A stretch of DNA of 64,000 nucleotides. Source: Bacteroidales bacterium. GTDB taxonomy: Bacteria; Bacteroidota; Bacteroidia; Bacteroidales; BM520. The notes beneath the pieces are model-generated. The model ran no database searches and was not told where the DNA came from. It saw nothing but the letters and a program-made list of their open reading frames with translations. Shown in pieces: positions 9,653 through 20,129 of the stretch; position 1 is the first letter of the stretch, and each line of letters starts with the position of its first letter. The stretch covers positions 1,165-65,164 of the forward strand of contig JAEEQW010000011.1 of NCBI GenBank assembly GCA_016285515.1, given 5' to 3'. A program made the position numbers and the translations under genes.

Positions 9653-10948
9653 TTGAACAAAAAAATATTAAGGTTAGCACTGCCCAACATAATCACCAAC
9701 ATTACTGTTCCTCTTCTTGGAATGGTTGACCTTGCAATAGTGGGACATATAGGTAACGAGCAATATATCGGTGCAATCGGCATAGGTACCACAATTTTCA
9801 ACATGATTTATTGGAACTTCGGATTTCTGAGGATGGGTACAAGCGGCTTCACTGCACAAGCATACGGCGCCAACGACATGAAAGAATCCGTAAAAATACT
9901 TGTCAGGGCTTCAGTGATCGCTTTGTCCATTGCAGCGCTTCTGCTGTTACTTCAATACCCTATTGCGTTACTTTCCAAATATTTTGTCAGAGGCAGCGAG
10001 GAAATGATTGATTTCACACTTGAATATTTTTATGTCAGAATCTGGGCAGCACCGGCAACACTTGGACTATATGCAATCAAGGGTTGGTATATCGGTATGC
10101 AGAATTCAAAACTTCCGATGTGGATTGCGATATTCCTTAATCTGTTGAATATCGTGGCAAGCCTGATATTTGTCTTTGTGTTTCACAGTGGCATTAAGGG
10201 CGTGGCTCTCGGAACCGTGATTGCCCAATATGGCGGTCTAACCGTTGCTATGATTTTCTGGTTTCGAAAATATGGCCATCTTAGAAAATTAATCAATGTC
10301 AGGTTAAGTCTAAAAATCAATGAGTTAAAGGCATTTTTTAAAGTAAATATTGATATATTCCTGAGGACATTATGCTTGGTCGCAGTCTTCACTTTCATAC
10401 CTTTTGTTTCATCATACATGGGTGATATGACTCTGGCAGCCAATACAATCCTTATGCAATTGTTTACATTGTTTTCATATTTTATGGATGGTTTCGCTTA
10501 TGCCGGAGAATCACTTGTTGGCAGATTTATTGGCGCTAAAGACAGACTTTCTCTCAACAAATCCGTTATTTGCCTGTTTTACTGGGGAATAGGAATTACC
10601 GCAGTGTTTACCTTGTTATATCTGTTATTCAGCAGAGATATTCTTTCCCTGCTTACTGACAGTAGTGCTGTAACTGACACTGCCATGACATATTCGCGAT
10701 GGACTTCGCTGGTGCCTGTCTGTGGCTTTGCTGCGTTTCTTTTTGACGGAATATTCATCGGTGCGACCGCATCCAAAGCCATGCGTAATGCGATGTTTGT
10801 TGCAACAGCTATGTTTTTCGTGATATATTATAGTACCAGAGCCACACTGTTCAATGACGGTTTATGGATAGCCTTTCTTATATTTCTGGTTTTAAGAGGT
10901 GTTATGATGGCTTTGATGCTGAAGCGCAATGTTTTAGATGTAATATAA
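9653..10948 (+). CDS. MATE family efflux transporter (DinF-like)
   Basis: LALPNIITNITVPLLGMVD, FLRMGTSG, DGFAYAGE. The likely start is TTG at 9653, after TAATTTTG at 9616-9623, not 9428. Confidence 0.9.
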   Translation: MNKKILRLALPNIITNITVPLLGMVDLAIVGHIGNEQYIGAIGIGTTIFNMIYWNFGFLRMGTSGFTAQAYGANDMKESVKILVRASVIALSIAALLLLLQYPIALLSKYFVRGSEEMIDFTLEYFYVRIWAAPATLGLYAIKGWYIGMQNSKLPMWIAIFLNLLNIVASLIFVFVFHSGIKGVALGTVIAQYGGLTVAMIFWFRKYGHLRKLINVRLSLKINELKAFFKVNIDIFLRTLCLVAVFTFIPFVSSYMGDMTLAANTILMQLFTLFSYFMDGFAYAGESLVGRFIGAKDRLSLNKSVICLFYWGIGITAVFTLLYLLFSRDILSLLTDSSAVTDTAMTYSRWTSLVPVCGFAAFLFDGIFIGATASKAMRNAMFVATAMFFVIYYSTRATLFNDGLWIAFLIFLVLRGVMMALMLKRNVLDVI

Positions 10949-10954
10949 CACTGT

Positions 10955-11695
10955 TCAAGGCAGAATGTTCGAGGTTATTTTAGCATACCAATCGCTTGCG
11001 TTTCCTTCTTCATCAAGCAGATAGACATTTTCAATTGTTTTGCAGACCAATTTTTTTGAAAAAGTCATTATAGTCCTTTCTGGCTTAATGTTGCCTTTCT
11101 TACTGAACACACATATTTCATCGATACAGTATATTTTTTCATCAATGAATCTCATTTTCAGGTTGCTCGCTGTTTCAACCGGATATATGCAGCAGAAATA
11201 ACCGTCATCGGAAATTAAGCGTGCAACGCAACAGGCGATATCATTTACCGTCAGCGTATCTGTATGTCGAGATATTGCTTTAGTTTTGGAAGCTGATTTA
11301 AGTGAATTTTCGAAAAAAGGCGGATTGGAGATAATAAGGTTGAACCTTAAATTATCAGCGAGATTATAAACAAATTGTTGCAATGATGTACACTCAGCAG
11401 ACAAACGGTTGTTCCAGGGTGAGCGAGAAAAATTTTCCAAAGTTTCTTCCACTGATTGTCTGTCAATATCTATCGACTTTACATTGGCATGTGGGAAGAA
11501 TTGGGCAGATAAAAGTGACAATACACCGCAACCGCATCCAACATCCAGAATTGTTTTGGTTTCGTTCTTTTTCAGTATTCGATTATGTCCAATGCAACCT
11601 CCCAGCAAGATGGCATCGGTGCCAACTTTGATTGTGCTGCGAGAATGAGATACATAAAAGTTTCGGAATTGGAAAATTCCTTCTTCCATCACCAA
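10955..11695 (-). CDS. tRNA1(Val) A37 N6-methyltransferase (TrmN6/YfiC-like)
   Basis: KVGTDAILLG, LDVGCGCG and ISNPPFF motifs. Confidence 0.85.
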   Translation of the reverse strand: MVMEEGIFQFRNFYVSHSRSTIKVGTDAILLGGCIGHNRILKKNETKTILDVGCGCGVLSLLSAQFFPHANVKSIDIDRQSVEETLENFSRSPWNNRLSAECTSLQQFVYNLADNLRFNLIISNPPFFENSLKSASKTKAISRHTDTLTVNDIACCVARLISDDGYFCCIYPVETASNLKMRFIDEKIYCIDEICVFSKKGNIKPERTIMTFSKKLVCKTIENVYLLDEEGNASDWYAKITSNILP

Positions 11696-11698
11696 CGG

Positions 11699-13681
11699 TT
11701 ATGAGAGCTTTTTTATCATCTTTTCACCGAGAGCAGTTTTGGTCTCGATGTGTTTTTTTGTGGCGACTACAAACGTATTGGTTTCATAATCACCCCTAAC
11801 AGAATTGAAATCCTTGTCTCTGTCGCTAATGTCCCCATCGGCTCCGAAGCCTATTTTCACTGTTTCGCCGAATTCTTTCATTGCATCTGCCAATAGTCTG
11901 TTGTCAAGATCAACTACAGCATTTTCCCATCTTTTGATAATATCAATCACATCAGTTTTTGTGAATTCAGTGTAGGATTTATGCAGATACTGTTCGATTC
12001 TTTTCAAAGCCCAAGTCCATTCGTAAGTATAATAATTCCTATGAATATCTTTGAATGCTTCATTAATTTTATTGAAAGTGTCATAAGTGCCGTCATCGAT
12101 ATGATGGAATACTTTGCGGATTTCATTTTTCGGAGCGATAAGTCCTGAAACATCAATCCAGTCGTCATCACCGATGTTAGTTTCAGGTTTCAGACTTTCC
12201 ACCATTTTCTCATTGGTTGAGCAATCTCTGTTTTCTAGACGGCTGATTATGGAATTGCCCAAGAATTTGATTATGGCTATTTCATACAGAGTAAGACCGG
12301 TTTGCATGGAGGAATTGTTTATTCTAGTACTGCTGTATGCGTAGTAACTCGAAGTGTTTCCGGACAGTTCTTTCAGATTTTGCAGTATTTCTTTGCCTTT
12401 TATAACCCTGTTAATAGTAAATGGGCTGAGCAGATTGAAATTTATGCTGTCAAGAAGGTCAGGGTCAGTTCTTCTGTCACGTTTCGGCCATTTCTGAGCA
12501 TCTCTCACTGTACCCACACTGCGTAAATTGACGCCAGGCACAAGCACACTTTCGTCGTTTTTCTCAATAAGATATGAAAATGGGAAGTTGGAAGTGTCGG
12601 AATTGTGATAGTGTCGTCCCATGACAACTGTGAAAGGACCAACTTTAGCAGGCCATTTGACATACGAGTCTGATGCCGTCTTGATACCTCTTTCCAAAAT
12701 GCCCTGATGGATAGGGCCAAGTTTATACATGTGGTTGCTGAAGTTGGTGCCGCTGCCTGCGTTCATAAATGAATACATTCCAGCTATCAGCAATGTGTTC
12801 TTGTGATGTGTAACTGTGTATGGACCAGCAAAAATGGCACATGCCTCCCCATGAAGCCCTATGCAGTTTGCAAAGAATAACGACTGCTCGGCTGAGAACT
12901 GCTCCCCTATTTCACAACCCTGTCCTACAAAGCAGTTATAAATCAATGCGTTGTCATAAACCTCACAATTTGTGCTTATGATACTGTCTTTTATAATCAC
13001 TCCATTGCCGATGAATGTTGGGGCTTCTTTGCGGCTGTTGATTGATACGTTGCTTAATCTTGATGCTCCGACAATACGCGAGTACGAACCTATTTTCGTA
13101 TTGCTTATCATACGTGTGCTTACAATCATTGAATTGTTTCCAATCCTTCCAACAGATGAACGGACCGACTCCGCGTATGCATCGACAAGGCCGTCGAGTC
13201 TGGCAATAGTTTGTGTCCTGTCACGATACATAACGTAAACATGGGCAATTTGAGCCGAAAGGCAATCACAGATTTTTATTTCTCTGCCGCCCGTTTCACA
13301 AAGGACACTTACGACAGTGCCATTTCCGAATGTGCTTTCCTCATTCACACTAAGAATGTCAACATCCTCAATAATAACATCGTCCTCAACTATATAATTC
13401 GATATGTAATTTCTTACCTGATTGATATAAACATCATTTCCAATTGTGCAATTGTTAATAGACGCATTATAAATGCCGGGATGTTTTACAATACCGTCAA
13501 GGACTATATTCTTTTTGTTGAAAACACCTAATTTGACTTTACCTGAGAAATTTACATTACGTATGTTGTCACAAATGAAATTGCTGGCCACCATAATGTC
13601 ATTCCAGTCATTGCAGCGACAATTGTTTTTTATAAGTTCGTTTATTTCGTCTTGAGTAAGATGACGGTATTTCTCTTCCAT
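11699..13681 (-). CDS. DUF4954 family protein (left-handed beta-helix-like)
   Basis: Bacteroidota-typical GEACAIFAGPYTVTHHK, NHMYKLGPIHQG, RDAQKWPKRDRR. Confidence 0.85.
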   Translation of the reverse strand: MEEKYRHLTQDEINELIKNNCRCNDWNDIMVASNFICDNIRNVNFSGKVKLGVFNKKNIVLDGIVKHPGIYNASINNCTIGNDVYINQVRNYISNYIVEDDVIIEDVDILSVNEESTFGNGTVVSVLCETGGREIKICDCLSAQIAHVYVMYRDRTQTIARLDGLVDAYAESVRSSVGRIGNNSMIVSTRMISNTKIGSYSRIVGASRLSNVSINSRKEAPTFIGNGVIIKDSIISTNCEVYDNALIYNCFVGQGCEIGEQFSAEQSLFFANCIGLHGEACAIFAGPYTVTHHKNTLLIAGMYSFMNAGSGTNFSNHMYKLGPIHQGILERGIKTASDSYVKWPAKVGPFTVVMGRHYHNSDTSNFPFSYLIEKNDESVLVPGVNLRSVGTVRDAQKWPKRDRRTDPDLLDSINFNLLSPFTINRVIKGKEILQNLKELSGNTSSYYAYSSTRINNSSMQTGLTLYEIAIIKFLGNSIISRLENRDCSTNEKMVESLKPETNIGDDDWIDVSGLIAPKNEIRKVFHHIDDGTYDTFNKINEAFKDIHRNYYTYEWTWALKRIEQYLHKSYTEFTKTDVIDIIKRWENAVVDLDNRLLADAMKEFGETVKIGFGADGDISDRDKDFNSVRGDYETNTFVVATKKHIETKTALGEKMIKKLS

Positions 13682-13719
13682 GATTAAAAAGTTATAGGGT
13701 TATATTACATTGTTGAAAG

Positions 13720-14646
13720 TTATTGAAGACGCTGGCGTTTTTTGAGGAAGTTGAGCATTATCTGGTCATATCCGAGGTTGATGTCAGCCTCCACAAAATC
13801 AATTTTGTACTGAAGGCAGCGTTCCTCAATTTCATCTCTGCGTTTTTTCTGGTATTTGTAGTATTCATCCCTGATGAGACGAGGATTGATCTTGAGTTCG
13901 GTACCGGTCTCAAGGTCAATGAATTTGGTCGGTTTGTCAGGTAATTTGAAATCTATTTCAGTATTCTTGTCGACCACGTGAAACAGAATCACTTCATTCT
14001 TATTGTATTTCAGATGCTGAAGAGCGGAAAATACGGTGTCCAAATCCGAATAGTTGTCAAACATGTCCGTAAAAAGGATGAATAATGAGCGTTTGTGAGT
14101 TTTTTCCGCAATCAGATGGAGACATTCGGCCACATTGGACTTCTTCTTGTCATTCAGTGTAAAGTCTGAGATGAGTTTTTCGTATTCACCAAACAGATAT
14201 TTAAGATGCACGTATGAAGACCTTACAGGCGTGAACAGGTTGAGGCTGTCGGAAAAAACGGACACTCCAACAGCATCGCGCTGCTGTTGGAGTATGTACG
14301 AAATGCAGCCTGCAGCATAGATGGAAAATGTGATCTTGTCAGGATTATAGACTGTGGGTGAAGTGATGACAGGATAATGCATTGAAGAGGAGTTATCAAG
14401 CAAAATATATGCTCTGAGATTAGTCTCCTCTTCAAATGTCTTCACGAATAATTTGTCTGTGCGTGCGTATAATTTCCAGTCAATATGTCTCGTTGATTCG
14501 CCGTCATTGTACAGTCTGTGCTCGGCAAATTCCACGGAAAAGCCATGAAATGGACTTTTATGAAGTCCAGTCATGAAACCTTCAACTAATTGTGTAACAA
14601 TAAATTCTAACGAATTATACTGCTGGAAAATCTTTGTGTCAAGCAT
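13720..14646 (-). CDS. DUF58 domain protein (vWA-like)
   Basis: GLHKSPFHGFSVEFAEHR, IDWKLYARTDK, DNSSSM. Confidence 0.9.
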   Translation of the reverse strand: MLDTKIFQQYNSLEFIVTQLVEGFMTGLHKSPFHGFSVEFAEHRLYNDGESTRHIDWKLYARTDKLFVKTFEEETNLRAYILLDNSSSMHYPVITSPTVYNPDKITFSIYAAGCISYILQQQRDAVGVSVFSDSLNLFTPVRSSYVHLKYLFGEYEKLISDFTLNDKKKSNVAECLHLIAEKTHKRSLFILFTDMFDNYSDLDTVFSALQHLKYNKNEVILFHVVDKNTEIDFKLPDKPTKFIDLETGTELKINPRLIRDEYYKYQKKRRDEIEERCLQYKIDFVEADINLGYDQIMLNFLKKRQRLQ

Positions 14647-14960
14647 TAGAGCAGTTTCTCTATCTTAGCCTGAAGCGCTGCTTTATTGGCGGCACCCACT
14701 TGTTTGTCGATAACCTGACCGTCTTTGATAAACAGGACAGTAGGAATGTTTCTTACTCTGAATTCAGTGGTGAGATTTGGACAGCTATCCACATCGACCT
14801 TTCCGATATTCACTCTGTCACCGAACTCCTCAGCAAGTTCATCAATAAAAGGTGCAATCATTTTGCATGGTCCGCACCATAAAGCCCAGAAATCCAAAAC
14901 CAAAGGTTTGTCAGCTTTTTTGTATTCTTCAAAATTTTCGTCTGTGATTTGTAATGCCAT
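14646..14960 (-). CDS. trxA: Thioredoxin
   Basis: WCGPC active site, 104 aa. Confidence 0.97.
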   Translation of the reverse strand: MALQITDENFEEYKKADKPLVLDFWALWCGPCKMIAPFIDELAEEFGDRVNIGKVDVDSCPNLTTEFRVRNIPTVLFIKDGQVIDKQVGAANKAALQAKIEKLL

Positions 14961-14999
14961 AATTTTTATTGTTTTTGTTCTTTAAAGTTTATTTATTTG

Positions 15000-15057
15000 C
15001 AAAGGTAATTAATTTTTTAGAAAAAATAAAAATTGTCATCAAAATTATCTATTTTTG
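15000..15057. promoter_or_regulatory. Divergent TAnnTTTG promoter elements (trxA / Omp28 gene)
   Basis: TACCTTTG on minus (15000-15007) and TATTTTTG on plus (15050-15057). Confidence 0.55.
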
Positions 15058-15102
15058 TAAATCAAACCACATATAAATTAACTTATCAATTAATAATAAA
15101 TA

Positions 15103-17034
15103 ATGAAAAATTTTTTACTATCAGTTTTACTTGCATTTGCAAGTGTTTTTACATTAAGCGCGCAATCATTCGTTAGTACTGAACCTTCAAACAGAAATGC
15201 CCTGTTGGAAGAGTTTACCGGAAGAAATTGCGGATATTGTCCGGACGGACACAGAATAGCCAATGAAATAGCTGCAGCCAATCCGGGTCGTTTCTGGGCA
15301 ATCAACATCCATGCGGGATCTTATGCACCGACAACCTATCCTAATTTCCTTACCCCGGACGGCACAACAGTTCACAATTATTTTTCCATAAGCGGTTATC
15401 CTTGCGGAACAGTCAACAGACCGAGCAAGACCCCTTCCGATCGCTCCCAATGGAATTCACAAGTCAACAGCATTCTTTCACAAACTTCCTGCGCAAATAT
15501 CGCAGCCATAGGTTTCATCAATCCTGACACCAGAATACTGCATCTTATCGTAGAACTTTACTATACCTCAAACAGTTCCTCATCAACAAACTATATGTCG
15601 GCTGCATTGATTCAGGACAACATCCTCGGTTCACAGGCCGGCGGCAGCAGCAATCCTTCACAATGGAATGGCACCACCTACAACCACATGCATGTCTTCA
15701 GAGATATGATTACACCTACGTGGGGTGAAACAGTCAGTGAAACCACCGCAGGCAGCTACCATCAGTTCGTTTATGACTACGAAATCCCTGAAGTCATTGG
15801 CAGCCCCAACGGAGTCAACGTGGTGCTCGAAGACCTCAATGTGATTGTTTTTGTCGCACAGAACAACCTCAATGTGATTACAGCAAATGAAGCCATACTT
15901 TTCATCTCCAACGGTGACAGTGAAATAAACCCTTATGTCTCAGAAATGTCTCAAACATCAGCAATCGAATGTTCAAATGCCCTTAATCTTACCACAAGTA
16001 TTATGAATATAGGTAGTGAGAACCTGAATTCAATGACAATATACTACGACTACAACGGAATATCTGTACCTGTGGAATGGGAAGGCGACCTTGCACAATA
16101 CAGCCTTGTCACGATTGAAAACACATTGCCGGTTACTGTCGGAACAGAAGAAATTACGGTTACTGTTTCATCTGCCAATGGGCAGGAACTTGAATTGGGC
16201 GCTGGAAACTCAAAGAGTTTTGATGTGACGGCTTATCAAGGTTATGCCGGTAATGGTGATAAAATTGTCGTGAAAATATGGCAAGACAAATATGGTAATC
16301 AGACCACTTGGAAAATATTCAATTCGGAAGGTGAAGTGGTAAAGTCTGGCGGCCCTTACAACCAGCTCCCGGGTACTAACACAAAGCTTCAACAGGCAAA
16401 CTTCAATTTCGAATATGATGACTGCTACAGATTTGTCATTTATGATTCGGAGCATGACGGCATCAATAACGGCAACGGTGAAGGACATTATCAGCTCGAA
16501 GATGCTAACGGCAACATTATTTTCTCACATGACGGTGTGTTCACTGACTATGAGATAACTGATTTTTATGCGTCATCTGAAGAACCTAATTATATCACCA
16601 TTAACCCGGATATTATTGGTAGCGGAAGCGTCATCGGCGCCGGTGATTATATCGAAAGCACCAAAGTGGCTTTGCTCGCAGTTTCCGGTTCAAAATCCGT
16701 ATTTATGAATTGGAATGTTAATGGCGAAACTTTTACTGACCCATTATTGGTTATCGATGCTCTCGATGGATATGAAATCACAGCAAATTTCAGCTATGAC
16801 GGCATTGGCGATTATGAAAATGATCTCGAAATCTATCCTAATCCTGCAAACAATTTGCTTACAATAAGCAATGTTAATGTACAACATGTTGTCATTTTCA
16901 ATATTAACGGCCAGGTGATGCTGAAACAGGACTTCTCGAATACTGTCGATGTATCCGCCCTGCCTAAAGGTATGTATTTCATAAAGGTATCATCTGCTGA
17001 TGGTCTCGCCACAAAGAAATTCATAAAAGAATAA
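15103..17034 (+). CDS. Omp28-related secreted protein with T9SS CTD
   Basis: Signal peptide; LLEEFTGRNCGYCPDG, YNHMHVFRDMIT; C-terminal IYPNPA...GMYFIKV...KKFIKE. Confidence 0.85.
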   Translation: MKNFLLSVLLAFASVFTLSAQSFVSTEPSNRNALLEEFTGRNCGYCPDGHRIANEIAAANPGRFWAINIHAGSYAPTTYPNFLTPDGTTVHNYFSISGYPCGTVNRPSKTPSDRSQWNSQVNSILSQTSCANIAAIGFINPDTRILHLIVELYYTSNSSSSTNYMSAALIQDNILGSQAGGSSNPSQWNGTTYNHMHVFRDMITPTWGETVSETTAGSYHQFVYDYEIPEVIGSPNGVNVVLEDLNVIVFVAQNNLNVITANEAILFISNGDSEINPYVSEMSQTSAIECSNALNLTTSIMNIGSENLNSMTIYYDYNGISVPVEWEGDLAQYSLVTIENTLPVTVGTEEITVTVSSANGQELELGAGNSKSFDVTAYQGYAGNGDKIVVKIWQDKYGNQTTWKIFNSEGEVVKSGGPYNQLPGTNTKLQQANFNFEYDDCYRFVIYDSEHDGINNGNGEGHYQLEDANGNIIFSHDGVFTDYEITDFYASSEEPNYITINPDIIGSGSVIGAGDYIESTKVALLAVSGSKSVFMNWNVNGETFTDPLLVIDALDGYEITANFSYDGIGDYENDLEIYPNPANNLLTISNVNVQHVVIFNINGQVMLKQDFSNTVDVSALPKGMYFIKVSSADGLATKKFIKE

Positions 17035-17101
17035 TATTCTCATTCCATACAATAAAAAGCATTATTTTAACATTATTATTAAGTAACAACTTAGTAAACT
17101 A

Positions 17102-18658
17102 ATGGATAAAGTAAAAATTCTGTGGGTTGACGATGAAATAGAACTTCTGAAACCTCATATCATTTTCTTGCAAAACAAAGGATACGACGTCACCACCTCC
17201 AATAACGGTGGTGACGCTTTGGATATAATGTCGAAGGAAGTGTTCGACATAGTGTTTCTTGATGAGCAGATGCCGGGTATTTCAGGCATAGAAACTCTTG
17301 AAAGAATAAAGAGCAAATATCCTCTTGTACCGGTTGTCATGATTACCAAGAGCGAAGAGGAAAATCTGATGGAGAACGCAATTGGCTCAAATATTGCCGA
17401 TTACCTTATTAAACCTGTAAATCCAAATCAGATATTGCTTTGTCTTAAGAAAAATCTTGACAACAGAAAACTTGTTGACGAAAAAAGCACTATGCAGTAT
17501 CAGCAGGCATTCCGTCAAATCGGCATGAATATGTCGTACATTAACAGTTTCGATGAATGGGCCAATGTCTATAAGGAACTGGTTAACTGGGAACTGCGCC
17601 TTGGCTCACCTAGCACCAGCGGTATGTATGAGGTCTTTGAATCGCAGAAGATAGAGGCCAATAACCTTTTTTCGAGATTCATTGAGGCTAACTATGTCAA
17701 CTGGTTGAAAATCAATAACCCTGACCGTCCGCTGATGAATCAGGTAATACTTCAGAACGTTCTTTTCCCGTTAATTCAGAAAAACAAATCATTATTTCTC
17801 ATTGTCGTTGACAATATGCGCTATGACCAGTGGAAGGTGATGGAAAGGATTATCGGCGACATATACCGTACCGACAAGGAATATATGGCATCAAGCATAT
17901 TGCCCACTACTACCCAGTATGCACGAAATGCCTTGTTTGCCGGACTTATGCCTTCAGAAATACAAAAAAGATATCCCAAATATTGGCTCAACGAAGAGGA
18001 TGAAGGGACCAAGAATCAGTATGAGGAATTCTTCCTCGGAGAGAACCTCAAACGACATGGGAAAAGCGATATTAAGTTCACATACAACAAGATACTCAAC
18101 CTGCAAGCAGGTAAAAAATTCGTTGACGCTTTGCCGAATCTGCTGAACAATGAACTAAATGTATTGGTCTATAATTTCGTGGATATGCTGTCACATGCAC
18201 GTACCGAAATGGAAATCATCAAAGAACTTGCAGACGATGATGCTGCATACCGCTCAATAACTGAAACATGGTTCGAACATTCAGCGCTCTACGAAGTGTT
18301 TGAATATCTCGCCTCAAGGCATATTGACATAGTCATAACCACTGACCATGGCTCCGTAAAAGTCGAAGGGCCAGTCAAAATAGTCGGTGACAAGGCCACC
18401 AACACCAACCTTCGTTATAAGGTCGGCAAAAACCTCGATTACAACAAAAAGGATGTCATGGAGATAAAACATCCTGAAGAGATTTATCTTCCAAAGGCCA
18501 ACCTTTCATCAACGTATGTGTTTGCTAAAGGAAGCGATTTCTTTGCATATCCTAACAACTTCAATTATTATGTCAGCTACTATAAGAACACTTTCCAACA
18601 TGGCGGAATCTCCATGCAGGAAATGATTATTCCGGTTGCTGTGCTAAAAGCCAAGTAA
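17102..18658 (+). CDS. porX: T9SS response regulator PorX (receiver + PglZ domain)
   Basis: ILWVDDEI, LDEQMPG, VVDNMRYDQW, LPTTTQYARNA, TTDHG, TFQHGGIS; followed by tsaE as in other Bacteroidota. Confidence 0.93.
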   Translation: MDKVKILWVDDEIELLKPHIIFLQNKGYDVTTSNNGGDALDIMSKEVFDIVFLDEQMPGISGIETLERIKSKYPLVPVVMITKSEEENLMENAIGSNIADYLIKPVNPNQILLCLKKNLDNRKLVDEKSTMQYQQAFRQIGMNMSYINSFDEWANVYKELVNWELRLGSPSTSGMYEVFESQKIEANNLFSRFIEANYVNWLKINNPDRPLMNQVILQNVLFPLIQKNKSLFLIVVDNMRYDQWKVMERIIGDIYRTDKEYMASSILPTTTQYARNALFAGLMPSEIQKRYPKYWLNEEDEGTKNQYEEFFLGENLKRHGKSDIKFTYNKILNLQAGKKFVDALPNLLNNELNVLVYNFVDMLSHARTEMEIIKELADDDAAYRSITETWFEHSALYEVFEYLASRHIDIVITTDHGSVKVEGPVKIVGDKATNTNLRYKVGKNLDYNKKDVMEIKHPEEIYLPKANLSSTYVFAKGSDFFAYPNNFNYYVSYYKNTFQHGGISMQEMIIPVAVLKAK

Positions 18659-18663
18659 TCACA

Positions 18664-19080
18664 ATGCAATTTATCTCAAACAATCCTGAGGGCCTAAAAG
18701 ACATAGCACGTTCCATAATTGAGTCCTACCCTGAATCACGTGTGTTCCCAATCTATGGGGAAATGGGTGCAGGAAAGACAACTCTTACAAAGGAATTATG
18801 TAACGTGCTGAATGTTATAGATATAGTCAACAGTCCAACTTTCGCCATAATCAATGAATATATCACCGACAAAAACGAAAGTGTATATCATTTTGACTGT
18901 TACAGGCTTAAAAACGTTAACGAATTTCTTGACATTGGTGGCTGTGATTATTTCTTCAGCGGCAACTACTGCTTTATCGAATGGCCCCAGATTGTAGAAG
19001 ATTACCTGCCCGATGATTGTGTTAAAATCTTCATTGAAGTTGACGATGACACACAGGTTAGAACTATTAAAACCGAATGA
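18664..19080 (+). CDS. tsaE: t6A biosynthesis ATPase TsaE
   Basis: GEMGAGKTT, SPTF, HFDCYR and FIEW motifs. Confidence 0.95.
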   Translation: MQFISNNPEGLKDIARSIIESYPESRVFPIYGEMGAGKTTLTKELCNVLNVIDIVNSPTFAIINEYITDKNESVYHFDCYRLKNVNEFLDIGGCDYFFSGNYCFIEWPQIVEDYLPDDCVKIFIEVDDDTQVRTIKTE

Positions 19081-20129
19081 TGGATTATTTTGTCGTCGAT
19101 GGCTCGGCATTTTGTAATGAACTTCGTGAGTTTATTGTAACAAATAATTATCACTCAAGACACATTTTCATTCTTACGGATGAAAATGTCAATAAATTCT
19201 GTCTCCCGACTATCCTGCCTGTTTTGGAAAATGCAAAATACGATGTTATTGTCTGTGAGGGAGGAGAGGAAAACAAGACATTAGAAACATGTTGTAAAAT
19301 TTGGCAGCGTTTGTCGGATTTGAATTGTGACAGACATTCATTTGTCATTATTGTAGGCGGTGGAGTTTTGTGCGATATGGGCAGCTTTGTCGCCGGCACA
19401 TTTATACGCGGCATTGACTACATGCTCATCCCCACTACTCTTCTCGCCCAGATTGATGCTGCATTCGGAGGAAAAAACGGCATAAACTTCCACAATGTCA
19501 AAAACCAAATCGGACTGTTTCTGAAACCGAAATCAGTAGCAGTGAATACGGATTTTCTCAAAACTCTTCCTGAAAGACAATTTAACTCCGGACTTGCTGA
19601 GGCTATCAAATACGGTATTTTGGGCGTTGATGGCATATTGAATGAAACTTGTCAGAAACCGCTCTCACACACAAGCATATTAAGAATCGTTGATGATGCT
19701 ATACGGTTCAAGATAAGCATCACCGATGAAGATTTCACTGAAAAAAATAAAAGAAAGATTCTGAATTTTGGCCATACTATAGGACATGCGGTGGAAACCT
19801 ATTATATGCCACAACTGCTTCATGGAGAGGCTGTAGCCTTCGGGATGGTATGTGCGGTTCTGCTTTCAGAAAAAAAATTCAGTCTTGACAAGAAATATGC
19901 TGAAAAACTGATATCGATAATCCGTCTCCACTTCGATAATAATATTGTTCAATCGTCTGACATTGAGGATATTATTGAGATTATGCGTCATGACAAGAAG
20001 AACGAAAATGGTGAAATAAAATTTGTCCTGCTCAATGATATCCACTCGCAGGTTTACGATATAACTGTGTCCCTTGAGTACATCCGAGAAGCTATCAATG
20101 ATGCTATAAAGATATTTGCTAATATATGA
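19077..20129 (+). CDS. aroB: 3-dehydroquinate synthase
   Basis: GGGVLCD, PTTLLAQIDAAFGGKNG, LNFGHTIGHA, HGEAV, DKKN. Confidence 0.93.
   Translation: MMDYFVVDGSAFCNELREFIVTNNYHSRHIFILTDENVNKFCLPTILPVLENAKYDVIVCEGGEENKTLETCCKIWQRLSDLNCDRHSFVIIVGGGVLCDMGSFVAGTFIRGIDYMLIPTTLLAQIDAAFGGKNGINFHNVKNQIGLFLKPKSVAVNTDFLKTLPERQFNSGLAEAIKYGILGVDGILNETCQKPLSHTSILRIVDDAIRFKISITDEDFTEKNKRKILNFGHTIGHAVETYYMPQLLHGEAVAFGMVCAVLLSEKKFSLDKKYAEKLISIIRLHFDNNIVQSSDIEDIIEIMRHDKKNENGEIKFVLLNDIHSQVYDITVSLEYIREAINDAIKIFANI

Noticed and set aside
17102-18658. PglZ domain as a BREX defence gene
   Set aside because: It is fused to a receiver domain and followed by tsaE, i.e. ordinary PorX; no other brx genes are present.
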